64,000 bases of DNA from Octopus sinensis. Lineage: Eukaryota. This document shows, piece after piece, positions 14,040 to 26,500 of the stretch. The stretch is from positions 87,544,001 to 87,608,000 of the forward strand of contig NC_043003.1 of the NCBI RefSeq assembly GCF_006345805.1. Reading direction: 5' to 3'. The position numbers were made by a program, and so were the translations under genes. The stretch's first letter is position 1. Every line of letters starts with the position of its first letter. The notes beneath the pieces were generated by a model, which had not been told where the DNA came from, searched no databases, and saw only the letters and a list, made by a program, of their open reading frames with translations.

Positions 14040-15742
14040 TCATTAATTCAGTGAAATTTTGATAGAGATCATTTTGGTGTTGCAGATGTTTCTCAGTGAA
14101 CAATCTACTGTTTAATATCTGCTCCACAATATTCCTTTGAGGCCTAAAACCTGCCTGTTCTTCTGCCAGGATTTCTTCTGCCTTCCCCTTAAGCCTATTA
14201 AGCAGAACTCTTAGCAATATTTTGCCAGGGTGGCTAATTGGGCTGATTGTTCTGTAATTCTGGCAGAGTCTTAAAGTTGCCTTCCTTAGGAATGGGTATC
14301 ATCAGTAATTGGGTCCACTCCTTTGGTCACTGTTTCATCTGCCATATCTGTTGACAGGTAACTGTTAGTGTCTTCACAAGCTTTGGCTTTCTGTGTTTTA
14401 GGAGCTCTGATAAGATGTTATCCACTCTTGAAGATTTCCCATCTTTGAGCATGTGCATTACCTCTTTGACCTCCTTCTGGAGAATTGGAGTATCCCTAAG
14501 TTCTCTGTTGTTGTTGTTATTGGAAGAGGAGGAGGAATTGTCTTGTATGTTGCTGTCATGTTTGAATTTGTGATTATAAAGATCTTTGCATTACTCATCT
14601 TTTGATGACATCATTCTTATGTGAGAAGCTGGCTTGTTTTGTCCTGAATGATATTGGTGGTGTGTTTCTTTGTTTTTGTTAGGGTGGTTGCCCTTCTTTG
14701 TCCCAGCTTCGATTATTTTGCACTAGTCTGTTATCCATTCTTCTTTGACTTCCCTCATTTTCTTCCTATCCTTCCTATTCACAGCATTGTATTGCTGACT
14801 TGCCTCTTGATCTATTAGCTTGGTTTTCCTTAGAGCCTGTCTTAAACCATAGATCCAACATGTCATCAGTCAGTGACCCATGGTTTCTTTTTCTTTCTTT
14901 CTCTCCTTAAGACTTATAGAACCATTTTCTTTAGTGCTTCCTTGATGTTGTTAGTCTGGGATTTTATATCATCTTCCAGAAGGTTAAGGGCTGCAAACCT
15001 GCCACCCACTTTTGCTTCAAACTCTGATGCAACCCTGGGATCTTTTAGTTTGTCTACCTCAAATCTAATACATGTGTCTCTTTTCTTGTGAATCCTTTTC
15101 AGTTTGAGCTTCATTGTCATCACCAAAGAAAGTCCTAGTTCTAACCTTCTTGATGCTGAACTTGAACTTTTAATGTGCAAGGATGAAGTCAATTTGGTTG
15201 GGAGACTTGCCATTGGGTGCATGCCATATTGTTCTGTGTGGGAACAATGTCAGCTTGTGCTTGCTAGCAAATTCTAGGAGTTACTGTCCATGATGGTTAG
15301 TTTTTTCTGATCCTGAATTGTCCTACTGTCCCAGCCCATTGGTCACATGCATTCAGGCCTACTTTGGTGTTTCAGTCTCTTAGGACATTGAGAACATCTC
15401 TTTTAGGAGCTGCCTTGGTGATATTCTTCAGGTCTTCATAGAATTTCTCAATGACACCATCATCACATTCCAGCATTGGTGCATTAATTTGTATGATGGT
15501 AATATTCAGTAGTCTTGCAGCCACGTATGGTGATGAGCCTGCTGGATACTGTTGTACAGCTGATGACTGAACTTACTCTGACTTTGTTAACAATGAAGCT
15601 CACTCCATGTTCATGCTTGATGTCATCTCCACTATATTACAGTTTGTGGACTTCTGTTGTTGTGTCATCAAATCCAGTCCACTTAACTTTAGCTAGCCCT
15701 TTGATATCCCTGGTGTACCTATAAAGTTTGTAAGTTCCTCCA
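14040..15742 (-). mobile_element. RTE-clade LINE (family 2), inverted 5' part: APE endonuclease to RT start
   Basis: Reverse complement gives ..DIKGLAKVKWTG..HEHGVSFIV (APE start), ..RFEVDKLKDPRVASEFEAKVGGRF, and LAEEQAGFRPQRNIVEQILN..QHQNDLYQNF. Confidence 0.85.
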
Positions 15743-16813
15743 TCCTTCCACAACTTCATCACTTCAAAAAGGCTTTGACCATGTTTGGCACAATGGGTTG
15801 TGTCATGTAATGAAAATTTACAACTTTGACAACATCATTGAAGTAATGAAAACTCAAGCAGTGCAGTTCTGAACAACAGTGGAGGACACCAGTGGGTGTT
15901 TAAAAAGGCTATATCCTCTTTCCAGTGCTTTTTAACATCTTCTTGGAGAACATAATGCAGGAAACACTTGCAGACCTCCGTCCTTCCATTTCCATTGGAG
16001 AATGGCCATTTTCCAACCTGCACGTTGCTGATGATATTGACCTGTTTAAAAGCAGAACTACAGGAGCTCACCCCCAGACTGGAAAAATTATCAGAAGCAT
16101 ACAAGATGGAGATCAGTCCAAAAAAGAGCAAGATCCTGGTTAATAGTAACAGCCAAAACATAGCAGCCAACATCATGGTAAACAGAAAGAGACTTGAGGA
16201 GGTGGATACCTTCAAGCACTTAGGATCCACTTTGACCAAGGATGGCAAATCCCAAAAGGAGATAACAACAAGACTCAATTTAGCCCCTGCTGCCACAATG
16301 AAGCTGAATTCCATATGGGAAAGCAATTGCATTAGTTTTCCAACAAGACCCTGGTGACTTTGATCCTTCTGTATGGGTGTAAGAGCTGGACTCTTACAGC
16401 TGACATGAAGTGAATAATTCAGGTATTTAAGCATAAGTGCTTCAGAAGTCTATTACACATCCTGTACAAAGAACACAAAAACTGCTTTGTCAGACAGCAA
16501 ATCAATGAATGCGCTGACAGGCAGGAGCCATTCTTTGTACAGGTAAAAAAGGCAAAAGCTTGCCTGGGACGGTTATGCATACTGTCTGCAACTCCCTGCC
16601 CAAAACCATTTTTCAAGGTACAGCTGAAGGAGGGTGAAAGAAAGACAGACAGAAAATTCTGGTTTGACGGTATCATAAACTGGACAGATCACAACATAGC
16701 AAACCTGTTATGCATGATAGAGGACAGAGACCAGTAGTGACAACTGACTATTAAAGTGTCTAGAGTGGAACCCTAATGACTGGTTGCATCAGTTAAAGGA
16801 TCTTGATGATGAT
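15743..16813 (+). mobile_element. RTE-clade LINE (family 2), 3' part: RT to (GAT)n tail
   Basis: FHNFI.FKKAFDHVWH, LFNIFLENIMQ, VADDID, EEVDTFKHLGS; ends GATGATGATG at about 16805-16813. Confidence 0.85.
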
Positions 16814-17320
16814 GGTTAGCATTATACAAGATGGTATCTAAATATCAGGGGTCACTTAGCTTCATGACACTGAGAACTTAGCCAGAATTTTAGAAGTACA
16901 GGGTTTGATTCTCTGTTATGGCTTGCTAGTCACTTTTGTGTCTTATAAGGGTATTTACTCAATCCTCTAAGCTGTTTTTTTCTGCTGTTTTGTGTTGAGA
17001 TTCTAGTCTGTAAAATACTCACTCAGTTCTTCAAGGTTTGTTCATAAAAATATATACATGCAAACTGTCAAAATAAGCACTTTGTGTGTAAACGATGTTA
17101 GTGAACATTTTTGTCACTGATTACAAGCTATGATGAATAAAGTGTTTTTGATAATAATAAAAAAAAACAATCCAAGTTTTGGCAATATCACACATAAATT
17201 TTGGGGAATAGAGTATCAACAAAGAGAGTTTTCTCAGGTTCATACGAAAAAATTATAGGACATTATATTGCTTGCAGATTGTCATGTTCATTGTCTAGCC
17301 ACACACATTACAATTTGGAC

Positions 17321-17620
17321 AGTCATTTTCAAATGCATTCATGCAGCAAAGCTTGCTGGAGAATTTATGGGAAAGGATGAAAAAATGTGGTCAGAAAATG
17401 TCAGTTTGGCTTTCCTAAGGCTGAAGGAAGATGCAGTTTCTTCACTGATGCTAAGAGTGTAATATTAAGAAGAAATGGAATAGGTGTCAAAAGCTTATTC
17501 AACTTCAAACCAAAAAAAAAAATCATCTGAAAAATTTATGAATGATTACAATCCTTTACTGCTTCTGTTGTGGCAGGCAAATGTTGACTATCAATATATT
17601 GGAGAAAACATGACTAGCAG
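17321..17620 (+). mobile_element. Helitron (Helentron-type) Rep domain remnant
   Basis: HFQMHSCSKACWR..KCQFGFPK..FMNDYNPLLLLLWQANVDYQYIGEN matches the Rep motif NDYNPLLLxxWxANMDIQY; one in-frame stop. Confidence 0.75.
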
Positions 17621-17659
17621 GAATGGCTACAGCAGATAATCTGACTGTGTCTGGACATT

Positions 17660-17970
17660 TAAATTCATCCAACAGCTGTAGGACAAGGTGATGGGAGATC
17701 TGAGCAAGGATAGTAATCCTGCAACACAAAGGCTGAGCTGGTGGCCAAGATCAAGGATGTGTTCAAAGATCTTCCCAGGGACACAATGAAGAAGGCATAC
17801 ACCAGATTCTTGAGGCCATGGTGGAAGCTGACACCAGCTACTTTGAGTGAGCTGTTATCTCCTTGCTGTAATCTAGTTTGAATTTTTTTTTTAATACTTT
17901 TATTTTTGTGTGGGAAATTGTATTTTCTTTTCCTTTTATGCAAACTGTCAAATCTAGCCTAAACACCCTG
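17660..17970 (+). mobile_element. 3' end of Tc1/mariner-superfamily (maT/DD37D-like) transposon
   Basis: SCNTKAELVAKIKDVFKDLPRDTMKKAYTRF..LEAMVEADTSYFE*; terminus CACCCTG|TA. Confidence 0.7.
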
Positions 17971-18021
17971 TATACTATATTGTATATATAGTGTATATAT
18001 GTCTATATAGTATATACTGTA

Positions 18022-18561
18022 CTGTATCAATTAATTGCATATATATTCTTAATATGTCTAGGCAAGTTCAGATGCAAAATATGCTGGTTGCTGTAGTGTA
18101 CATCGTAGGAGAATATCTTCTCTTTTACAACAACAGTATTTTCAAAACACTTGGCTTTTTGGTACCTGGGATTCCGGACGCCAGTGTTTCAACATCTTGT
18201 GTTTCATCAACCTTAAGCACCCAAACCTCTGAGCCTAAACCAAGCTGGTTTTGTTTGTACTTGCAGTGGATAAATTACTGATTGGGTGCTTATATTTGCC
18301 AACTGATAAAATATTATTTGCATCATGTACAGCAAAATCTGTAGGTTTAGGTCCAAAGGTCTAGATGCTTCTGACTTATGCGACACAACATGTCAAAACA
18401 CTGGTGACCCAAAATCTTGTGCACCAATGAGCCAAATGTGTTGAATACACTTGTAAGAGAGAGAAGTTATTCTCTTATGACATGCACTACAGCAACAAGC
18501 ATATTTTGCATCTGAACCTGTCTGGACATATTAAAAATACATATGCAAATAATCAATCCAG
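18022..18561. mobile_element. MITE/fold-back with about 105-bp imperfect inverted arms
   Basis: 18022-18125 versus 18457-18561, with a shared core CACTACAGCAAC.AGCATATTTTGCATCTGAAC. Confidence 0.75.
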
Positions 18562-18660
18562 ATCTTGCTGTACACAGTGCAAATAATTTTTTTTATACTG
18601 TACTGTATATTTGTCAACATATGTAATATATGCTATACTGCAGTGTATATATCATTGTAG

Positions 18661-18745
18661 GTACCAGACTAGATATAAATCAAGACAATCCCGAGAGAGT
18701 CAAGGTCATCATATATGCAGAAGATCTGTTTGCAGATCTCATCAG
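18661..18745 (+). CDS. SLC1A: Internal exon (85 nt, phase 1 to 2) of SLC1/EAAT-family transporter: (G)TRLDINQDNPERVKVIIYAEDLFADLI(R)
   Basis: Acceptor CATTGTAG|G, donor CAG|GTAAAA. Joins in frame to 30388-30430 to give DLFADLIRNIFPDN, matching the SLC1 motif DxFLDLIRNxFPxN. Paralog not resolved. Confidence 0.8.
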
Positions 18746-19193
18746 GTAAAATAATACTTTTTTATATTTTAGCAACTGGTATTATATTGAATGTGTTGAA
18801 CACTAGGATGGCTCTAACTGAACAGACTATTCCAGCCATGTTCATTGTTTCCTTCCAAGGATTACAGCTTCCAAATTCTCTCTCTCATTTTTTGTTTTGT
18901 TTTTTTCAAGAAGTATGAGGTAATTTGACATTGGTTTCAGTTATTTCTAATGTGCTGGACTACATGGAATCTCCTTTCATTACCTTGTGTTTGTAATGTG
19001 ATGTTATGCTTTTTGTACCTGTGTGTGTGTACTGTGGCTCCTTTAATGTTTGTACAGAAGCAGCAGATAAGGTATTGGACAACCTGCTCAGAAGACATAA
19101 GTTTGAATCTTGTGATTAACTTTGTATGGGGCACTTGTGCAAGGCATGGAGCCCTTATTGATTCAGTTTTTCTAAATGACAAAAGAAAAGGTA

Positions 19194-20134
19194 TGGTGTT
19201 GAGTTAAAAGTTTTGCAATATTTTGCTAACTTGTTTGCTTTATTGCACAATCTGAAGCTACCTTTTTGCCAGTTTTTTGTTTTATTTGTCAAGTTACAAC
19301 AAAAGCAGCCTAGCATCCAAAGTAGAGGCCATTATGTTGCACTGTCTGAAGCCAACTCTCACCCAGTTCTTTGATCCCATGCTGATACCAGTTCTTGTCC
19401 TTCAAGGCGAAGAGCTCCTTTCACTGAAGTTTCCATCTCCTCTTGGTTGATGAAGTGTTGCAAGTGTAGGAAGTGAGCTACAGATTAGAACAAGTAATAA
19501 TCTAAAGGAGATGTTTTTTTGCAATCCTAATGTGCATAAACAGTGGTTAAGCAAAGGTCAGCTTCCAGAACCTGTTGCCAAACATGAGTGTTTTGAACAC
19601 GAGGTAATGCTCTGCATCCGGTGGAATTATGAGGAGATAATTCATTACGAATTCATTCTGGATGATCAAATCATTGATGCCAACCTGTACTCTGAACAGC
19701 TGGAGTAGATGTATGTCATTATGCAGCAAAAATACCCCACACTGGTTAACAAAAAGCGAACTCTTCTACAGCAAGATAATGCAAGACCTCATACCACTCA
19801 ATTGACCTGGAATAAACTTGAAGGAGTTGAACCGATGCCACACCCAGCATGTAGTCCAGATCTATCTCCTTCAGATTATCACTTGTTGCTGTCTGTGGCT
19901 CACTGCTTGCACTTGTGATGCTTCCTCAACCAAGAGGAAGTGAAAACTTCAGTGAAGGAGTTCTTCACCTTGAAGGACGAGAACTGGTATCAGCATGGGA
20001 TCAAAGAACTGGGTGAGAGGTGGCTTCAGACAGTGCAACATGATGGCCTCTACTTTAGATGCTAGGCTGCTTTTGTTGTAACTTGACAAATAAAGCAAAT
20101 ATGTTATAAAAATATTGCAAAACTTTTGACACCA
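19194..20134 (+). mobile_element. Non-autonomous mariner (DD34D) with its 5' end replaced by an inverted copy of the 3' end
   Basis: QQDNARPH, HPACSPDLSPSDYHL, WYQHGIKELGERW. 19194-19465 is the reverse complement of about 19905-20134; TA on both sides. Confidence 0.85.
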
Positions 20135-20365
20135 TATTATGAGGTCCACAACCACTTCCAAGTTGAATGGTATCTTGTTGTAAAACTGATTCTTTCAGTA
20201 AAAGATACTTATTAGTCCAGGAATGCATGAAAAAATTAATGAAGATAATATTAAGAATAATGTATGAGTATATATCATAACCATCATCATTTTAATGTCT
20301 ACTTTCCTGTGCTTACATGAGTCAGACAATGTTGGAGCATTTTAAAGTTGGTGGAAGTGAGATTT

Positions 20366-20397
<32 letters not shown>

Positions 20398-20687
20398 TTC
20401 AGCTGTTGTTTCTAACAGATAAAACAACCCTGAAGATGTACCTTCATTGATATTTTGGCTATAAAACATGGTATTTCCTGAGAAATAAAATTGTTTATTA
20501 TGTTTAGTAATGAGTCTTCAATTTTATGTATCGTAATTCATGTACATACACTCTGGGCTGACCAACATTGAAGTACTACTAGAATGGTGCTCTCCCCACA
20601 TACAACCTTTATTGTTTTATGTATTGTATATCTGTACCCTACTGGTCTCTGCAATAATTGTCTTCATATATATTATGGGGAGTCATC

Positions 20688-20835
20688 ATCATCATAGTTT
20701 TAACATTCACTTTTCCAAGCCTACATGGGTCTGATAGAATATTTTGAGGTAGAGTTTCTATGGTCAGATGCCCTTCTTGACACTAACCTTCATCTGTTTC
20801 CAAGCAGAGTAATATTTCACCATGGCCAGGCATGT
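20688..20835 (-). mobile_element. Short element with RTE-like 3' tail
   Basis: (CAT)n followed by TTTAACATTCACTTTTCCAAGC..CATGGG..GATGCCCTTC, the reverse of the RTE family 1 terminus. Confidence 0.6.
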
Positions 20836-20857
20836 ATTACAAAATATGGGAAACAAA

Positions 20858-21250
20858 GGCTTAGCTGTGTGGTAAGAAGTTTGCTTCCCAGCCTCATGGT
20901 TCCAGGTTCAGTCTTACTATATAGCACTTGGGCAAGAATCTTCTATAGTTTCAAGCTAACCAAATTCTTGCAAGTGGATTTGGTAGATGAAAACTGAAGG
21001 AAGTCCATTGTGTGTGTGTGTGTGTGTGCATATGTGCATGCATGCATGCATGTGTGTGTGTGCGTGTCTGTTTGTCCATCACTACCAGTGTTGGTTTGTT
21101 TACATTTCTGTAAATTAGCAGTTTTGCAAAAAGAGACTGATAGAATAAGTATTTAAAAAAAAAAGTATTGGGGTTGATTTGTTCAACTAAACCCTTCAAG
21201 GTAGTGCTCCAGCATGACCACAGTCTAATGAGTGAAGCATTATAAAGAAA
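20858..21250 (+). mobile_element. SINE family A, diverged
   Basis: GCTGTGTGGTAAGAAGTTTGCTT head, TG middle and GTGCTCCAGCATGACCACAG tail. Confidence 0.85.
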
Positions 21251-21644
21251 AAGAAAAATCCATTTACAACTACCATATAATGTCAAGATGAAGACACACA
21301 CACACACATACATATATACTTATAAGGTCGTTTGTTATGAATGGTCAGAGAGTAACCATTGGTTTCATGCTTGTAAAGCACTTAGTTGTATAGGTGACTC
21401 ATCGGCCTGAGGTACATGACCTCCCTGAAACTAGATGGAGGACTACATTATGGTCAGTAAATGTGGCAAACAAAAAATTCTGGAATGAAATTCTACTGAC
21501 AATAAATGTGAGTAGGTTGGTGTTATCTCTCTTAGACCAGTTCCAGTTGCATCTAAGATGGGTCAACATACAGTCAACTACTTTTCCCTTGTCAGAAATT
21601 GGGGGAATTCCATGTGTGCAAACACAAACATTTTTGGAGTTTAA

Positions 21645-22703
21645 CCCTTTCATTACTATATTTCTGACCAATTATGTGTTTCAATTAATTTCTAATGTAA
21701 TCATAAATTTAGTCTGGTTTCATTAAACAACTATAACTTTTTTATTTATCAATATATTAACGTGAAGTTTGGAAGATAATTTAATGAAATGTTCTCAACC
21801 AATTCTATACTATAATTTTTGTCACAAAGTGACTCTAATTGCAGGTAGATACAGGTAAATTCAACAAAATATAAAATTATTAAAATTTTGTTCAAACATC
21901 GCTATAGAAAATAGCTAATATTCAATTGGGTATACAACAAAATTTTATGATAGAATTTGTTATTCTGGGTAGCTTTCTGATACCCATAATAATATTTATG
22001 GCAAAATAGTCTTAATTTCATTTAAGGTTATGGGAAACCACTTAATTTCGTTTTGTTTACATTTAGCATAACGGTTCATTTCCACCGTAATGATTTCAAA
22101 TAGGCTCATTCAAAAAAGTAAAAAGAAATAGTCTAAGGCTTTACTCTTCAGGGAAAGTCTGTGGCTTGGTCCAGTTTCTTCAGAAAAATCACCAAAAGAA
22201 ACAGTTTTTAAATTTTCACTCCATTCAGGTGCCAATTCATTTTCTTTATCGCTGTTGGAGCTCTCGGATTCACTGTTTCCACTTTCGGAAAATGAAACAT
22301 CAGATTCATTATCAAATACCACATGCTTTTTTTTTTCAGTCGTAGAGTTAGATTTATGAAGGTCTTCAGTAGAAAATCCTTCGAATTCTGACTCGCTGCT
22401 TGATATAATGAAATTCGTATCCATTTTTTGTCAGAATTACAAATTTTGAAAACACAATAGGAACAAATTTCGGAAAAAAATCTCCCAAAATTCACGGAAT
22501 TAAAATTACACTTCGATTTTTGTACAAAACTGTAGTTGAACTCTTTACAAAGTATAATACGTGTTTTCACGAATGTACTAAAGAGATTTGCTCTGATATT
22601 CTCATTTAAATATGAATAGGTAAATTCGGGCAGCTTTGGGCGGTTTGGTCACATTAACCAAAATTTTTTTCAGGCGGTTTCGGTCGGTTTGGTAACGAAA
22701 GGG
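21645..22703 (-). mobile_element. Internally deleted piggyBac, copy 1
   Basis: TTAA|CCCTTT...AAAGGG|TTAA termini. N-terminal transposase piece: acidic tract, then EETGPSHRL..ALDYFFLLF. Confidence 0.92.
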
Positions 22704-22707
22704 TTAA

Positions 22708-22930
22708 GAAGGTCCCCAGACCAAGCAAGTTTTTCAAGATTCTTACTCTCTTGGCTGAGTGAACCTTACATTTTTTGCTCCCAGGAGCTTCCATTTAAAT
22801 ATGTATGGTGTACCTTCCTCTTTTAAACACCATACGTAGCTGGCCAGAGACATAATGTTGTACCTCTCTGGTATCCTAAAAGAGGACCTGTGACTGTTAA
22901 GATGATACTTGAATGGATTTTCTGTAGATC
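22708..22930 (-). mobile_element. Naiad-like Penelope GIY-YIG fragment, split by piggyBac copy 1 (continues at about 21560-21640)
   Basis: TENPFKYHLNSHRSSFR..SLASYVWCLKEEGTPYIFKWKLL; LNSKNVCVCTH lies across the TTAA site. Confidence 0.7.
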
Positions 22931-22959
22931 TGACATTTCTATGTCTGTGCCCTTGTGCT

Positions 22960-23310
22960 AATATTACAGCTGCTGTTGTTACCATTGTTATCATTGTTGT
23001 TGCTCTTGTTACTGCCATTACTGTTGTCATTGCTGGATACATTGCTGGTGCTGCTGCTACTGGTATTGCTGTTCCTGTTATTGCTGGACATGATGCTGGT
23101 GCTGTAGTTGCTGCCATTATAGTCACTTGCTGCTACTGTCAGATACATTGTTGATGCTATTGTTACTGTTGTAGCTGTTGCTATTGTTGCTGTAGCTACA
23201 GCTGCTGGTGTTGCTACCACTCATGCTGCTGCTGCTATTGCTGTCACTTTTGTTATTACCAGCAGATATGTTATTGCTGCTGTTGCTACTAACACTACCC
23301 CCACTACCTC
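22960..23310. repeat. Degenerate trinucleotide (GCT/GTT/ACT) low-complexity tract
   Basis: Direct sequence. Confidence 0.85.
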
Positions 23311-23433
23311 AGCCTCATTGACTTTACCTTTGGAGTTGCATCTCCCCACACTGGACACACATTGCTAACCCTGCATGAACATCCTGCCTCTATGCAGTGT
23401 TTAGGAGTGTTCACTAATATTTTTTAATGCCAA

Positions 23434-23506
23434 GTGCACACACACACACACACTCACACACACCACACACATACACATAGTAGACTTCTTTCAGTTTCCA
23501 TTGCTT

Positions 23507-23542
<36 letters not shown>

Positions 23543-23610
23543 CACACACACACACACTCACACACACCACACACATACACATAGTAGACTTCTTTCAGTT
23601 TCCATTGCTT

Positions 23611-23659
<49 letters not shown>

Positions 23660-23665
23660 AACAAA
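23434..23665. repeat. (CA)n/(CT)n compound microsatellite with about 105-bp tandem duplication
   Basis: CACATAGTAGACTTCTTTCAGTTTCCATTGCTTT occurs twice (about 23472 and about 23578). Confidence 0.9.
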
Positions 23666-24244
23666 CAAACAAAATATATGTAATACATATATAACATGCA
23701 GAAATCAAACCTTCAGTGACAGACAAGTGAATGTTCTGGAATGTAAAAACAATGATTCTGATAACAATAAACTATTATTTACATTCTTTTATTCACTATT
23801 CTCTTCATTTCTTTTCTTTATTAATAAAATTCCCAATGGATGGTTGGTAGAACAGTAGACCATTCTATCTTATACCTTGAGAATGTGCACTGTTTTAGGA
23901 CATTCCTCTCAACAGCTATACAACATTCAAGCTTCCACTCATTGATGTGAAGCTCTGCTTACTTATTCATTTAACTTTTTTTCCTTCTGAGTTCAAATCC
24001 CATCCTAATCAACTTTGCCTTTCCCTCTTTGCAAGATTGATAAATTAAGTACCATACAAAATACTACTGGGATTAGCATAATCAACTATATACATGTCCT
24101 TAAATGTGATGCTACAATCCAATGCTTTAAACCTGTAAAATAATGACTGTAACTGATTCACCTTTCAATTTATATTATAAGCCTTTTGGATTTGCAATTT
24201 TTAGTCAGGCTCCCTGCACACTGTTTCTTCAACTTTTATATTTT

Positions 24245-26500
24245 CATCATCATAATAATCATCATTGTCATTTAACAACCATTTTCCATGGGTTGGATGG
24301 CTTGGCAGGAACTGGTAAGGCCAGGAGCCACACCAGGTTCCATAGTCTGTTTTGGTTTGGTTTCTAAAGCTGGATGCCCTTCCTAATGTCAATCACTCTA
24401 CAGAGTGTACTGGGTGCTTTTTATGTGGCACCAGCTACCACACCAATGCTTTTTACATGGCACCTTGGTTTTAAGATCTCAATTCTGCTATGGCAAGCAG
24501 GTCTTCTCAAGTACAGCAATGTGCCACATATCTTGGCCCTCTGTTATCTCCTTTTTACTTCAATGCTTGTCCCATGTCTTCCTGGGTCTCCTTCTTTCAC
24601 AACTTCCATTCACTTTAAATGATCAGCACTTCTTTATGCAACTGTCCTTATCTATCTGCATCAAATGACCCAACCAGCACAGTCTCTTCTCTTGCACACT
24701 GCATATAATCCCGCCTGTGCCCAACTTTTCTCTCAATACACCAATGCTCTCTTGTACATGTACACTGACATCACACATCCAGTAGAGCATATCAGCTTCG
24801 TTCCTCTCCAACCTTCACATGTCTTCTGTATTCAAGACCCATGTCTCACCATCATGCAATATCACAGTTCATGCACATGTATCATACAATTTTCCCTTCA
24901 CTCAAGCTGAGAGACCTTTGGTTGCCAACAGAGGTAAAAGCGCTATGATCTTTTTCCATTCTTACACTTTCTGTACAACCTCCTCCACTGCTAATTAGGT
25001 AACCTAGGTAGCCAAAGTTATCTACAGCTTCCAGTGAGCCACTGGAACATTTAAGGAAATCAGTGTCCCATATATCTTTGGTCTTTATGGCTCCTGTACA
25101 TCTTCCACATAAAAACACTACTTTCTCTGTTAACCTTCCTACTATTCCACTGCACTTCCTGTGTCCATGGCTTGCACTGGATACACTGAAAGGAGTTTCT
25201 GTTTACACCCTTCCTACATATCAATTTACTGGATGGGTGAAGTGTCCTATCCAATTTCTTGCTTAACCCTTTTGATACCAAACCGCCCAAAGCTGCCCGA
25301 AAAGAATTTTGGTTAATGTGACCAAACCGCCCACACCCGCCCGAATTTACCTATTCATATTTAAATGAGAATATCAGAGCAAATCTCTTTAGTACATTCG
25401 TGAAAACACGTATTATATTTCGTAAACAGTTCAACTACAGTTTTGTACAACAATCGAAGTGTAATTTTAATTCCGTGAATTTTGGGAGATTTTTTTCCGA
25501 AATTTGTTCCTATTGTGTTTTCAAGATTTGTAATTCTGACAAAAAATGGATACGAATTTCATTATATCAAGCAGCGAGTCAGAATTCGAAGGATTTTCTA
25601 CTGAAGACCTTCATAAATCTAACTCTATGACTGAAAAAAAAAGCATGTGGTATTTGATAATGAATCTGATGTTTCATTTTCCGAAAGTGAAAACAGTGAA
25701 TCCGAGAGCTCCAACAGCGATAAAGAAAATGAATTGGCACCTGAATGGAGTGAAAATTTAAAAACTGTTTCTTTCGGTGATTTTTCTGAAGAAACTGGAC
25801 TAAGCCACAGACTTTCCCAGAAGAGTAAAGCCTTAGACTATTTCTTTTTACTTTTTCGAATGAGCCTATTTGAAATCATTACGGCGGAAATGAACCGTTA
25901 CGCTAAACGTAAACAAAGCGAAAGAAAGGATAGTTAGTGGTTTCCAACCAAACCTTAAATGAAATTAAGACTATTTTGCCATAAATATTATTATGGGTAT
26001 CAGAAAGCTACCCAGAATAACAAATTCTATCGTAAAATTTTGTTGTATACCCAATTGAATATTAGCCAATAACCCATTTTCTATAGCGATATTTGAACAA
26101 AATTTTAATAATTTTATATTTTGTTGAATTTACCTGTATCTACCTGCAATTAGAGTCACTTTGTGACAAAAATTATAGTTTAGAATTGGTTGAGAACATT
26201 TCATTAAATTATCTTCCAAAATTCACGTTAATATATTGATAAATAAAAAAGTTATTGTTGTTTAATGAAACCAGACTAAATTTATGATTACATTAGAAAT
26301 TAATTGAAACACATAAGGGGTGTATTTTGGTCAGAAATATAGTAACAAAAGGGTTAATAGGGCCTTGATCTTTGATAAGTTTACTTTACGAACCTTTTGA
26401 TTTCTGGTTCTGTTTTCACACTTGGAATTTCTTTTCTAATTCTGTTAAAGATTCTGCTATTAGGGCAATATCCTCAGCATATAGTAGTTCCCATGGGCTT
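24245..26500 (-). mobile_element. Older RTE family 1 fragment interrupted by piggyBac copy 2
   Basis: Reverse tail at 24245, LEAVDNFGYLG, CIQCKPW..CGRC finger; LLYAEDIALIAES continues at 26358-26500. Confidence 0.85.
25267..26353 (+). mobile_element. Internally deleted piggyBac, copy 2
   Basis: TTAA|CCCTTT...AAAGGG|TTAA; highly similar to 21645-22703 in the opposite orientation. Confidence 0.92.

Noticed and set aside
18700-18746. Antisense CTGATGA-GATCTG caaa CAGATC hammerhead-like string in the SLC1 exon
   Set aside because: Stem II is followed by TTCT, not GAAA, so there is no catalytic core; it is explained by coding sequence.
18773-19120. Other AG-bounded segments after exon 18745 (18773; 19057 EAADKVLDNLL...)
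   Set aside because: The first needs a 27-nt intron; the second stops after four codons in the transporter frame. No SLC1 similarity.
22743-23220. Ala/Thr/Val- or Asn/Ser-rich ORFs
   Set aside because: Products of a degenerate trinucleotide tract joined to a Penelope fragment.
21641-26357. Composite piggyBac transposon using the outer ends
   Set aside because: Both outer ends are 3' ends, each copy has its own TTAA pair, and the flanks belong to different host elements.
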